From an uncultured virus (IMG/VR IMGVR_UViG_3300035670_013234) (taxonomy: Duplodnaviria; Heunggongvirae; Uroviricota; Caudoviricetes): DNA of 58,018 bases. The notes beneath the pieces are model-generated. The model was not told the origin of the DNA. It saw only the letters and a list, made by a program, of their open reading frames with translations, and made no database searches. The stretch is taken from IMG/VR virus record IMGVR_UViG_3300035670_013234; one strand, given 5' to 3'. Below are positions 46,770 to 55,381 of the stretch, piece by piece. Positions within the stretch are counted from its first letter, which is position 1, and every line of letters starts with the position of its first letter. The position numbers and the translations under genes were made by a program.

Positions 46770-49700
46770 TTAGTCTACCGTTCTCGTGGCTTTTAGTGTC
46801 TTACCAGCATCAAAGTGAATATAGAATCCATCTTCAGGCGAAGTCCAAGAAGCATCAGTATATCCGCCAATCAGAATATTATCACCATCAAGAGCGCAGC
46901 AGGATCCAATATCACCACCAGTTGTGCCAGTCTGGTATCTAGCGAAGTTTCCAGTATTTAGGTCGCAAATGGCTACAAGCAAATCAGATCCACCAACCGA
47001 AGTTCCAACACCAGAAACAACACCAGCCGTTGATCCTACGATAACAACTGTATTGGACTCAGGCAAAAATGTTGATACTCTACCATTAGTATCAAGAATT
47101 TCCGAAGAAACAGTACCTGTTTGGTATGCAACGTTGAATGTATTTGATCTGTAATTATAGATCACAACACCAATATCATCTGCTCCAGCAGATGTAGTTA
47201 TAATTGGAGTCAAGTTATCTGTTGTCTGGTATACTAGAGCAATCTGGCCGCCACCAATATCGTGCAAGTTAACTGCTTTATCGTCACCATCGCCGCCGAT
47301 CTGATTATGCTTAAAGGTATTTGATGTTGTATCAAGAATAGAAACTAGAATGTCATAAACACCATATTGCGTTCCGCCAATATTACTGGTTGTTCGACCA
47401 CAAACTGCAACGTTGCCGTCTTCAAGTTTTGTGATGGCATAATATTCTTCGTCTAGATTAGTTCCTGTCTGGTAGAATTCAAATTCTCTGCCTGCAGGCT
47501 TGCTTTCGTCGAATCGAATAATTAGACCATCATATACTCCAGAACCTCCAGTGTTTTTCTTACCAACATCGCCTGAGGTCTGGCAGATAAAGTAGAATAC
47601 ATTATCTGAATATTGCACTAGGTCATATCCGAAAATATTACCATCGTCAGCAATAGAGTCGCCGACTGTTCCGACAACATAGAACTTTGTAAATGCTTCG
47701 CTATCATACATTGGCAGATAGTCACGATGCTCAGCATGTTCTGGATCATTCATATGCTGCTGAGCTTTGTCTAGGTCAAAGACAGCAAGAACAAAGTTCC
47801 ACAATCCGCTTGATCCATCAAATATGGATTGCTGTATTGTTTCAATTGAACCTACTGTGTGAGATGGCGTAGTAATAGCCAGTGTGCTATTTGTTATTGA
47901 TGGTGCTATACCAACAGGCGATGCAGTTCCAGCAAAACTTTCTTGTGGATAGGTGTCATACAAGAAGTTAAATGTAATATCCAGATCTAGGTGGCAAACA
48001 CCAGTACCAAATCCTTTACGCCAGAATCGAGTTAATAGACCGTTCTCCTGGAAGAATGGATCTTGGGCAAAGTTAGTGCCGCAAACATAGATGTTGTCAT
48101 TCAGATGATCCATCGTACAACCAAGGAAATTAGTATCATATACATCCATCGATGGATTGAAATACTTTAACCAATTTTTCCAGAGCGAAGTTCCCGATTG
48201 ATCGAATCCAAATATGAATCCTCGGTTCTTCACTTCGCTCATCATATGATGTTCTATTCGAGAAATCTGATTCTCATAACCTACAGCATAGATGTAATTC
48301 TCATTATCTACAGTAACTCCAGTAAATTGGGAATCAATATTAACTGACTGAACCCACTGTTGAGTACCAATAGAATCAAACTTAATAATAGTTGCATTTG
48401 GCGTGGTATTGGCGCCGACAGCAATTACGTTTCCGCCAGCATCAACAGCAAGACTATTGTAATTAATTGTGCTAGATTCTCTGGCCCATACGAGCGATCC
48501 ACTGCTGGTTAATTTGAATACTTTATTATTACCAGCTGCATATACATTATTTGACGAATCAACTGTTACTTGTTTTAGCTGGAAATCTGGAACTTTCTTT
48601 TGCCAAACTTGAACGCCATTAGTTTCAAGTTTAACAATATAACTATTATTAGTTTCTTTGAGGCCAAGGTACAAATATTCGCCAGAGGCTTTGATGCTTT
48701 CAATTTGTTGATCGCCGCTCGTATCAATAGTACGTGTCCAGACTGGCTGGCCATTACTCAAAAATTTAGCATACAATCCAGCTTTACCCGAACCTTCTGT
48801 CGTCGATCCGCCAACATAAATTGAATCTGTTGAATCAATTGTAACTGCAAATCCTGAATCAATACTAGAATTCTCTAATGTTTTAGTCCAATCGATTTCA
48901 AGATTAGCTGTGAACTTAGTCAAAACTAATTTATCGTCTGCCGAAGAACCGACTGTTACAACAAGACCATTACTGTCTACTGCAACACCGCGATATATTG
49001 TATTGGCGTCGTTATAATATGTGGTTCGAACAAAAGGATGAACTCTTGTTTCTTTTAAATCAATTAACTGGCTCTTGGTGTAGCCAGTGAGATATATTAA
49101 GTTTGTATTGGCTCGTAGCTGCATTCCAGTAAAATAGTCTTGACCTGGACCGCCTGCGCAATAATAATCGCCGCCACCTTGTTCTTCGTCGCCATTATAA
49201 ATGGTAACCATAAAATCATCGAAACCAAGGTTGCCTTCATTCTCTTCTATCTTACCGCAGAATACCATTCGACCATCATTCAGAGCAAGAACGTCATAGA
49301 AGTATTCACCGCCGCCAACACCAGCAGTTGATTTCTTTTTATAGAATTGAGGAGATGCCAAATCATACTGGAAAACTGCATTTCCTGTTGGAATTGGATC
49401 TGGCTCTTCTTCATTAATTCTTCGCCAAGTCTGAGATTCTAATTCATATTGGACATAGCCAATTGTACCTGCTGGCCTTAGAATAAAAGCATTATTGGCA
49501 ACATCAAAATCAAAGTGTGGGTATATTTGTCTAGTGAAGTTAATTTGAAAACCATAAACTCCTTGGCCTTGGTATGTTCCAGTAACGTCTTTATCGCCAC
49601 TTAATATGGTATAGAATCTTCTTTCCGATGCTCTATATGAAATGCCATGTACTCTGAGTGGATTACTACCACTTCCATTGGTTACTATTTGACCTTCGTC

Positions 49701-50837
49701 AATCCACTCAGCGCCATCAAATCTGTATAAACTAACACCATCAGATTCTCCGACAACTGCATATAATTCATTACTAACCACTATTAAATGGCAATCGGGT
49801 TTAATTGTAACTCCTGTCTGAATAGTTGATACTACAATTGTACCAGCAGCAAGAGTATCAGCTGAAGTGATCTCCCAGATTTTGAGATCATATCCGCTGG
49901 ATGGATTATTATAGATGACTGGAATATAAAGTTTGTCTGCTATTAATTCTCCGCAGGAAGCTCTGAATGGATACTCAGCAATGTTAGTGTTGTTGACATA
50001 AATTGGATCTGCTAAGTCATAAGTTCCTAGGCTGACTTCGGCAGTAAATGTTCTTGTCGATAGCACATATGTTCTACTATAGACTTTCCATTGAGTAGAA
50101 TCTGCTGCAATATAAAACGCATGGTATCTATTGGAAGAACCTTTATGCATCCCGCCTATGATATGATTCTGCACTGTATTAGCTGGTAGAATTACATCTA
50201 GGTGTGAAGAGTGCGCACCACCAACGCTTGGCTGGTGAATTCGAGCCAGAACCGATTGATATTCTGTCATACCAGAAGTAGTTTCTGTGTAGATCAAATA
50301 TCCATAATGCGGATCGGCATCACTAATAAACTTTCCGTCTGTAAATGTAATTCTTCCATTTGAAAAATCATTTTCATATGCATCTGGATTATGTTGGTGG
50401 TATTGGAAATAACTCCAGTCTTCACCTTCGTTTTGCAGCAATCTGTCCCAGTAAAATGGCGTATCGTCTTGGGCACTTCTAATAGTTCCAAGATGCGCAA
50501 AGAACATTGCGTCTTCTTCGGTAAGGCCAGTCACTTCGTTGATATTTGGGCCAATGTGAGAAACTGAAGAGTTGTGATATTCTCTTACCACTCCATCCCA
50601 AGTTTCAGTTATAATCTCAAAAGAACCGTTCATTGGCAACGATTCTAATCCTGGAGTTATTGGCAGCTGCTCATTGAATCGATATGGTATTACTTCGTCG
50701 TCGTCTTTATCAGTGTAACTTCCTGGTAATGCTTTAATCCAGTAACCAGCACTCATTCCTGGAATAGCAGGATGGCTTAATACTTGGCTGGCCAAATTTA
50801 CTGATTGGATTACTGTCGAAGTATTAACTGTTGCCAT
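46770..50837 (-). CDS. Large multi-beta-propeller virion protein (SBBP-like blades)
   Basis: Repeats VAVDSNG, VTIDSTDSIYVGG, VTVDSSNNVYAAG, K(F/L)..(N/S)G..(V/Q)W, Q.GT...D/E; 1355 aa. Confidence 0.8.
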   Translation of the reverse strand: MATVNTSTVIQSVNLASQVLSHPAIPGMSAGYWIKALPGSYTDKDDDEVIPYRFNEQLPITPGLESLPMNGSFEIITETWDGVVREYHNSSVSHIGPNINEVTGLTEEDAMFFAHLGTIRSAQDDTPFYWDRLLQNEGEDWSYFQYHQHNPDAYENDFSNGRITFTDGKFISDADPHYGYLIYTETTSGMTEYQSVLARIHQPSVGGAHSSHLDVILPANTVQNHIIGGMHKGSSNRYHAFYIAADSTQWKVYSRTYVLSTRTFTAEVSLGTYDLADPIYVNNTNIAEYPFRASCGELIADKLYIPVIYNNPSSGYDLKIWEITSADTLAAGTIVVSTIQTGVTIKPDCHLIVVSNELYAVVGESDGVSLYRFDGAEWIDEGQIVTNGSGSNPLRVHGISYRASERRFYTILSGDKDVTGTYQGQGVYGFQINFTRQIYPHFDFDVANNAFILRPAGTIGYVQYELESQTWRRINEEEPDPIPTGNAVFQYDLASPQFYKKKSTAGVGGGEYFYDVLALNDGRMVFCGKIEENEGNLGFDDFMVTIYNGDEEQGGGDYYCAGGPGQDYFTGMQLRANTNLIYLTGYTKSQLIDLKETRVHPFVRTTYYNDANTIYRGVAVDSNGLVVTVGSSADDKLVLTKFTANLEIDWTKTLENSSIDSGFAVTIDSTDSIYVGGSTTEGSGKAGLYAKFLSNGQPVWTRTIDTSGDQQIESIKASGEYLYLGLKETNNSYIVKLETNGVQVWQKKVPDFQLKQVTVDSSNNVYAAGNNKVFKLTSSGSLVWARESSTINYNSLAVDAGGNVIAVGANTTPNATIIKFDSIGTQQWVQSVNIDSQFTGVTVDNENYIYAVGYENQISRIEHHMMSEVKNRGFIFGFDQSGTSLWKNWLKYFNPSMDVYDTNFLGCTMDHLNDNIYVCGTNFAQDPFFQENGLLTRFWRKGFGTGVCHLDLDITFNFLYDTYPQESFAGTASPVGIAPSITNSTLAITTPSHTVGSIETIQQSIFDGSSGLWNFVLAVFDLDKAQQHMNDPEHAEHRDYLPMYDSEAFTKFYVVGTVGDSIADDGNIFGYDLVQYSDNVFYFICQTSGDVGKKNTGGSGVYDGLIIRFDESKPAGREFEFYQTGTNLDEEYYAITKLEDGNVAVCGRTTSNIGGTQYGVYDILVSILDTTSNTFKHNQIGGDGDDKAVNLHDIGGGQIALVYQTTDNLTPIITTSAGADDIGVVIYNYRSNTFNVAYQTGTVSSEILDTNGRVSTFLPESNTVVIVGSTAGVVSGVGTSVGGSDLLVAICDLNTGNFARYQTGTTGGDIGSCCALDGDNILIGGYTDASWTSPEDGFYIHFDAGKTLKATRTVD

Positions 50838-51498
50838 TGAAATCTAACCAAGTATGGGTTGGTTCTAAAGCTCGCCAAGCTGATAATGGCTTAACATTGA
50901 ATTCAGGAAACGCTTCTTGCGCTACAATATGTATTACATTTGTTGCTATTCGTTCGCAGTTTCTTAAAAAAGGATCTAATTCATTATCAGCATAGGAGGT
51001 TAATACATCTTCAGTTATGATATAATCGAATCGATTTATTTTCGTTTTTCTTTGAACGTCATTCATAAACCTCGGCGAACCAAGATCAATATCATGCACT
51101 GCGATAGTAGATTCAAGACGTTTTTGTTGCTGAATATATCTTGAGTTATCAAATCCCCAAGCATTCATTTCTAGTTTGTTTAATTCTTCGACAAGGAATC
51201 CAAATGCGCAACCAGCAACTAGAATAGTTGAACCTTCTGGTAAATTTAATCCGTTAACTATATTGGCAGCTCTTGTAGTAAACAGTGGATAATCCTCGAA
51301 GAATAATCGAGAATATGTCATATTATATCTGTCGTCTACTTGGGCTCGACTTGGCTCTGGTCTGGTTGGTGGATTCTGGCATTTGCAATAGAGCATTTCA
51401 GCTTTGGGGCAACGAGTCCACCCACTAGGATAAATGGGATCATACCTATGTTTTTTATAGGACCGCTTAAATCCCAACTCGTCCCAGTCGTATGCCAT
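50824..51498 (-). CDS. Class I SAM-dependent methyltransferase-like protein
   Basis: ILVAGCAFGFLV (motif I), AWGFDNS (post-I acidic), FDYIITEDVL. Confidence 0.7.
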   Translation of the reverse strand: MAYDWDELGFKRSYKKHRYDPIYPSGWTRCPKAEMLYCKCQNPPTRPEPSRAQVDDRYNMTYSRLFFEDYPLFTTRAANIVNGLNLPEGSTILVAGCAFGFLVEELNKLEMNAWGFDNSRYIQQQKRLESTIAVHDIDLGSPRFMNDVQRKTKINRFDYIITEDVLTSYADNELDPFLRNCERIATNVIHIVAQEAFPEFNVKPLSAWRALEPTHTWLDFNGNS

Positions 51499-51500
51499 GA

Positions 51501-51869
51501 TTATTGACCTGAGATTACTATGCCAGGTCTAAACAAAAGAGTTGTTGAATTTAGGGCAAATCCAACATATAAAGCTCTAACTGTTGAGGATGGAGTTGGC
51601 GCTGAGGCAGTTAATGACCCATCAGCTCCAAGAAAATATGCCGATGATGCAGTTAATCCAGTAAATCCAGCAACAACACCTTGGGCATAATAGACATTAT
51701 TTTGTTTGAGAAGAATAGAATTTAATTGGGCCACTGAGTTATTATATGAGGCATCAACAACAGTATTACTTGTTGTAACTCGAACAATTCTACCATTAGT
51801 ACCACCAGATAATCCTGGTACTGTAATTGCACTTGCTGTAACTAATGCAGTTGATTTGACGAATGCCAT
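51501..51869 (-). CDS. Small virion structural protein
   Basis: GLTASSAYFLGADGSLT...P....VGFAL..TTLL pattern seen in phage fibre/decoration proteins. Confidence 0.6.
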   Translation of the reverse strand: MAFVKSTALVTASAITVPGLSGGTNGRIVRVTTSNTVVDASYNNSVAQLNSILLKQNNVYYAQGVVAGFTGLTASSAYFLGADGSLTASAPTPSSTVRALYVGFALNSTTLLFRPGIVISGQ

Positions 51870-52826
51870 TTAAATTCCTACCCTTGTTACTGTTATGTAT
51901 GAATCAGAAGATATTGCGCCTGCCGATCCAGATTCTGCTGCTTCTACTCTTAGATAATCGTTAGTATTTAACTTAATAATTTCATCATATGAAATGAAAT
52001 CATTTGGGCTAAGAGTTATAGACTCTAGAGTCGAAGAATTATTCTTTCTAAGATTAATTGTATACGAATCAGTAGAACCGCCAGATTCAGTTGCAACATA
52101 CAGCTGGACTCGATAATATCCTGTTGTATATATTGAGACATTTGTCGATTGCTCAGAAGTCCAATATACGTTTCCTGAAACATCAGCATTAACATTAAAC
52201 TCAGTATTATCCCATTGTATTGCAGTATTAACATTGGTTAAATTTTCAACTGAGTTTAATTTGGTCTTGACACCGCTGAATAGGTTATATGTATTAAACG
52301 TTGTTGTCGATGCTGCAGATCCAAATAGTGTAAACTCACAGATTGTATCTGTAGTTATAACGCCAGAAGCAGTCGACTCAGAAACAAATATTTCAACATA
52401 ATCACCCAACCCAAAAAAGACAATTTCATCATAGACTGTAGCTTGGTTGGGGCCTGAGTTTGTGGTTGATATTACTGTCGTTCCATTCTTTTTAATTTCA
52501 ATAGTATAGCTGTTACCAGAACCAGTCGATCCAGTAAAAAGATTTAGATGCACATTATAAAAGCCAGCATCTTTGGCTGTAAATCTAGTTGGGTTTAATG
52601 TAGAAAATAATTCGCCTTGATTATATTCAATTGAGCTCCAGCTAATAGCAGATGGAGTTGCGGCCAAATTAAGATTAGAAAGCAATTCAACTTTAGCTCC
52701 ATTAAAGATTCTAAAGCTAGAACCTAGATAAGGCTCCCAGCCGAAGCCATTATATTTCCAGACCGTTCCGTTCTGATCAGAATATTGTTGGCCAATAGTT
52801 GGAGAAGCAGGAAATGACAGTGGCAT
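51870..52826 (-). CDS. Virion protein with two tandem C1q/TNF-like domains
   Basis: FPASP..WKYNG.GW anchor; two repeats F.G.K..L...AI.W...E.N...G(F/Y)Y.V.L...KN....YDEI......DY+.+. Confidence 0.7.
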   Translation of the reverse strand: MPLSFPASPTIGQQYSDQNGTVWKYNGFGWEPYLGSSFRIFNGAKVELLSNLNLAATPSAISWSSIEYNQGELFSTLNPTRFTAKDAGFYNVHLNLFTGSTGSGNSYTIEIKKNGTTVISTTNSGPNQATVYDEIVFFGLGDYVEIFVSESTASGVITTDTICEFTLFGSAASTTTFNTYNLFSGVKTKLNSVENLTNVNTAIQWDNTEFNVNADVSGNVYWTSEQSTNVSIYTTGYYRVQLYVATESGGSTDSYTINLRKNNSSTLESITLSPNDFISYDEIIKLNTNDYLRVEAAESGSAGAISSDSYITVTRVGI

Positions 52827-53692
52827 TATGCTCTCCTGAAATAGAAAGTTATTTTTAAACCAGTGGCATCTGTGGCACCATCGTCAATATCAATTGTAAA
52901 TCTGTCGTCTTCAACTACAGTAGCATCAACAACTGTACTTTGAACTGCAGCATTATAAGAGCTCCAGTCACCTGGATCGATTGTTATTTTATTGGCGCCA
53001 AGAATAGAAGTGCCGTTTTTATTTACATCGACAGTTACAGTGCCCGATGTTGCAACGTTTGTTAGTGTAACCTTTGGGACCTGAGTCAGAATAAAATCAA
53101 ATGGTGGCCTAAGAGTTGCTACATCTGTTCTGGCTGTTAATGGAGTTGTTTCATCAGACAAAGGATAGATAAAGAACTCGGGATAAAAAACTTTTGCAGT
53201 ATATGTATTATTCAGACTATCAACAATTGATATTGCTGAGTTAACGTTAGACCAAGTAAATGATACAATGTTTGCGCCAGGATCGCCTTTGTTTACTGGG
53301 TCTGAGAATAGAACCCAGGAGTTTGAAACTCCGTCGCTATAATAGATGTAGGACTTGGCTGTATTAGAATTAAACCAGACTTCACCGACTTTTGGCGAAG
53401 CTGGAACAGAATTGGCAATGGTGAACTTACCATTATCGCCTGCTGGGCCTTGAGGTCCAACCGTTGTTGTAAACGCATCAACCCACTGATTTGATGTTCC
53501 ATCGCTATAATAGATTTTTAGAACACCTTCGTTGCTTGAATACCAAAGTGAATTGGCCGAAACGTTGGCTGGAACTATGTCAGAAACAATGATATTGGCA
53601 GATCCTGTTCCTCCGCCTCCAAACACACCAATGCCGCCTGTTCGGATTTTTACCAATCCGACATCGGTTTCTGTCGAGACAGTTACCTTCAT
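52826..53692 (-). CDS. Fibre-related structural protein
   Basis: Two W(Y/F).S....IYYSDG.SN.WV repeats, short GPQGPAG, C-terminal TVDVNKNGTSIL...GLKITF domain. Confidence 0.7.
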   Translation of the reverse strand: MKVTVSTETDVGLVKIRTGGIGVFGGGGTGSANIIVSDIVPANVSANSLWYSSNEGVLKIYYSDGTSNQWVDAFTTTVGPQGPAGDNGKFTIANSVPASPKVGEVWFNSNTAKSYIYYSDGVSNSWVLFSDPVNKGDPGANIVSFTWSNVNSAISIVDSLNNTYTAKVFYPEFFIYPLSDETTPLTARTDVATLRPPFDFILTQVPKVTLTNVATSGTVTVDVNKNGTSILGANKITIDPGDWSSYNAAVQSTVVDATVVEDDRFTIDIDDGATDATGLKITFYFRRA

Positions 53693-54021
53693 TAGCGACT
53701 AACCTGTGGAGTAACTGTAATTATCCCTTCAATAATTCTAGTTGTGGTATTACCTGATGTCATCTTAAGATCGTAGAGATAACGGCCAGCCTTGATATTA
53801 GCTGTCTGTTCAGCTGGCAGCGATAAAGAAATTTTTGCATTAGCTTGGCTAACAACAGAAACTATAAGATTCGCAGTAGCTGAAGTGGAATAATAAGACT
53901 TTCTTATTTGAGATTGGAACGTTGCATCAGCTATATTTACTGGAGTGCCATCGTCATTTGCAAGATCCAGTGATGCTAGAAACGTTGCGCCTTGGTCTAA
54001 AGTTAGCTCTGCATAAGCCAT
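53692..54021 (-). CDS. Small Ig-like structural/adaptor protein
   Basis: DQGATF, QIRKSY, LSL...QT, GRYLYDL, RIIEG...VTP motifs typical of a T4-like virion family. Confidence 0.75.
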   Translation of the reverse strand: MAYAELTLDQGATFLASLDLANDDGTPVNIADATFQSQIRKSYYSTSATANLIVSVVSQANAKISLSLPAEQTANIKAGRYLYDLKMTSGNTTTRIIEGIITVTPQVSR

Positions 54022-54053
54022 TCTGCTTCTCTGGGATGATTATAAGATATTTC

Positions 54054-54061
54054 TATTTATA
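54054..54061 (-). promoter_or_regulatory. Late promoter at the head of the fibre island
   Basis: Perfect TATAAATA immediately after the oxygenase stop. Confidence 0.85.
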
Positions 54062-54655
54062 TCACCTGAACTTTGGGCCTGCAATCCAAACAACCAAAGA
54101 CCGTCTTGTTCCTGCTGTCACTGGGGTTACCCTGTGCATTAAATAGCTAGGAAACGCATATACTAGTCCACGTTCTTTTTTGGCCACAGTAGATTCATTA
54201 CTCGTAAAGAACTCTAAATCTCCACCATCATATTCTTCAGGGTCGGATAATTGCAATATAAGCGATAACTTTCTTGGGGATGTATTTTTAATACCCATAT
54301 CCATATGCCAAGTGTAATGATCATTAGATCCAGAAGAATATACAGTATATTGCAAATCTTCAACAAACCCAAAAAGATCAAAATCAAAAAACTGTCCATT
54401 CAATTGATTGGCAATATAGGATAAACGATCATACACATATGAAGTTTCATTTGTGCATGGAATCCAAGAAATTGTAGATTTTCGTAAAGCTGGATCTTCA
54501 ACTCCATTATCGGTATATGCATCAAACTTATCGAAAGTTTCGCATACTGTTATGATTCTATTGAGCTCGAATTCTGAGAATCCACCTTCCCAATAAGCAA
54601 ATCCATTTTGCAACCCTAAAACGTCAGGCGAAGGAACCATTTTATATACTGACAT
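54062..54655 (-). CDS. 2OG-Fe(II) oxygenase, prolyl-4-hydroxylase/PKHD-like
   Basis: HxD (WHMD), RKLSLILQL, GGDLEF, FPSYLMHRVTPV, 2OG-binding RxS (RRSLVVW); start taken at 54655 (TAATG coupling). Confidence 0.93.
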   Translation of the reverse strand: MSVYKMVPSPDVLGLQNGFAYWEGGFSEFELNRIITVCETFDKFDAYTDNGVEDPALRKSTISWIPCTNETSYVYDRLSYIANQLNGQFFDFDLFGFVEDLQYTVYSSGSNDHYTWHMDMGIKNTSPRKLSLILQLSDPEEYDGGDLEFFTSNESTVAKKERGLVYAFPSYLMHRVTPVTAGTRRSLVVWIAGPKFR

Positions 54656-55371
54656 TATTTTCTCTCCCATATTGTATCTCGATAATGAGATTCGTGTGAT
54701 TGTAATTTTCTGCGAGTTTTTGATAAAACTTCGTTGTCTTTATCGCTGAGTTTGTTACATTTATGTTTTTTAATTGCTACATCTCTTTTGTATGGAATAG
54801 CCTGGACTAGTGGTGTTCCTGCTCTTATGATCCCAGTGTAGTTTGGGATATTAAATAAAAATGGGAAATTGACATATTCAAAATACCCATCAACATCAAC
54901 TAAACCAGACATACAAGTAAATCGATAATCAGGCCTATTTAATGGTGGAACAAATAAAACTGAGTATCCCTTTGGTACTCGTATCATCCAATGATTTATA
55001 AATTTCATTGGAGGTTTTGGAAGTTCTGGGTGCGGAACTTTATCTGATGAGATTTGAGTATATGAATGGTTCTCTATTAGATTTTTATAGAATGTCCATG
55101 TGTAGGTTACGCCACTAACATCATCATTACTTGTTATTTCAACATCACCAGCTAATGGAATAATCCAACCTATTGACATAGCATCAAGAAAAGGTGGACA
55201 TCTTTTTATTGTGCTATTCTTTAATTTTTGCTTACCATCAACTTTTGGTGGTAGAGCTTTGTACCATTCAGGTAAAAGTTTTCGAGAGGGATATGGTTCA
55301 GGAATTACACCATAATCTTCTTCTGCACACAAAAATTCAATCTCAGGCGTCTTGATAAAAGACTTAAACAT
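54655..55371 (-). CDS. Conserved phage protein, possible dUTPase-like beta-clip fold (DUF6065-like)
   Basis: PEWYK, TIKRCPPFLDAM..G+IIPL, KF.N.W.I..P.GYS.LF.PP, SGLVD.D, GTPLVQAIP; SD GGAGG. Confidence 0.7.
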   Translation of the reverse strand: MFKSFIKTPEIEFLCAEEDYGVIPEPYPSRKLLPEWYKALPPKVDGKQKLKNSTIKRCPPFLDAMSIGWIIPLAGDVEITSNDDVSGVTYTWTFYKNLIENHSYTQISSDKVPHPELPKPPMKFINHWMIRVPKGYSVLFVPPLNRPDYRFTCMSGLVDVDGYFEYVNFPFLFNIPNYTGIIRAGTPLVQAIPYKRDVAIKKHKCNKLSDKDNEVLSKTRRKLQSHESHYRDTIWERK

Positions 55372-55381
55372 AATGCCTCCA

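Noticed and set aside
27933..46796. Many 100-250 aa overlapping ORFs in collagen regions
   Set aside because: Arise from the 9-bp periodic sequence lacking stops in other frames
29440..51872. Stop-codon read-through fusing in-frame neighbours (29443-29448, 46769/46770, 51869/51870)
   Set aside because: Stops are TAA (one double TAA-TAG) and each downstream gene has its own N-terminal motif or plausible start; no sign of recoding elsewhere
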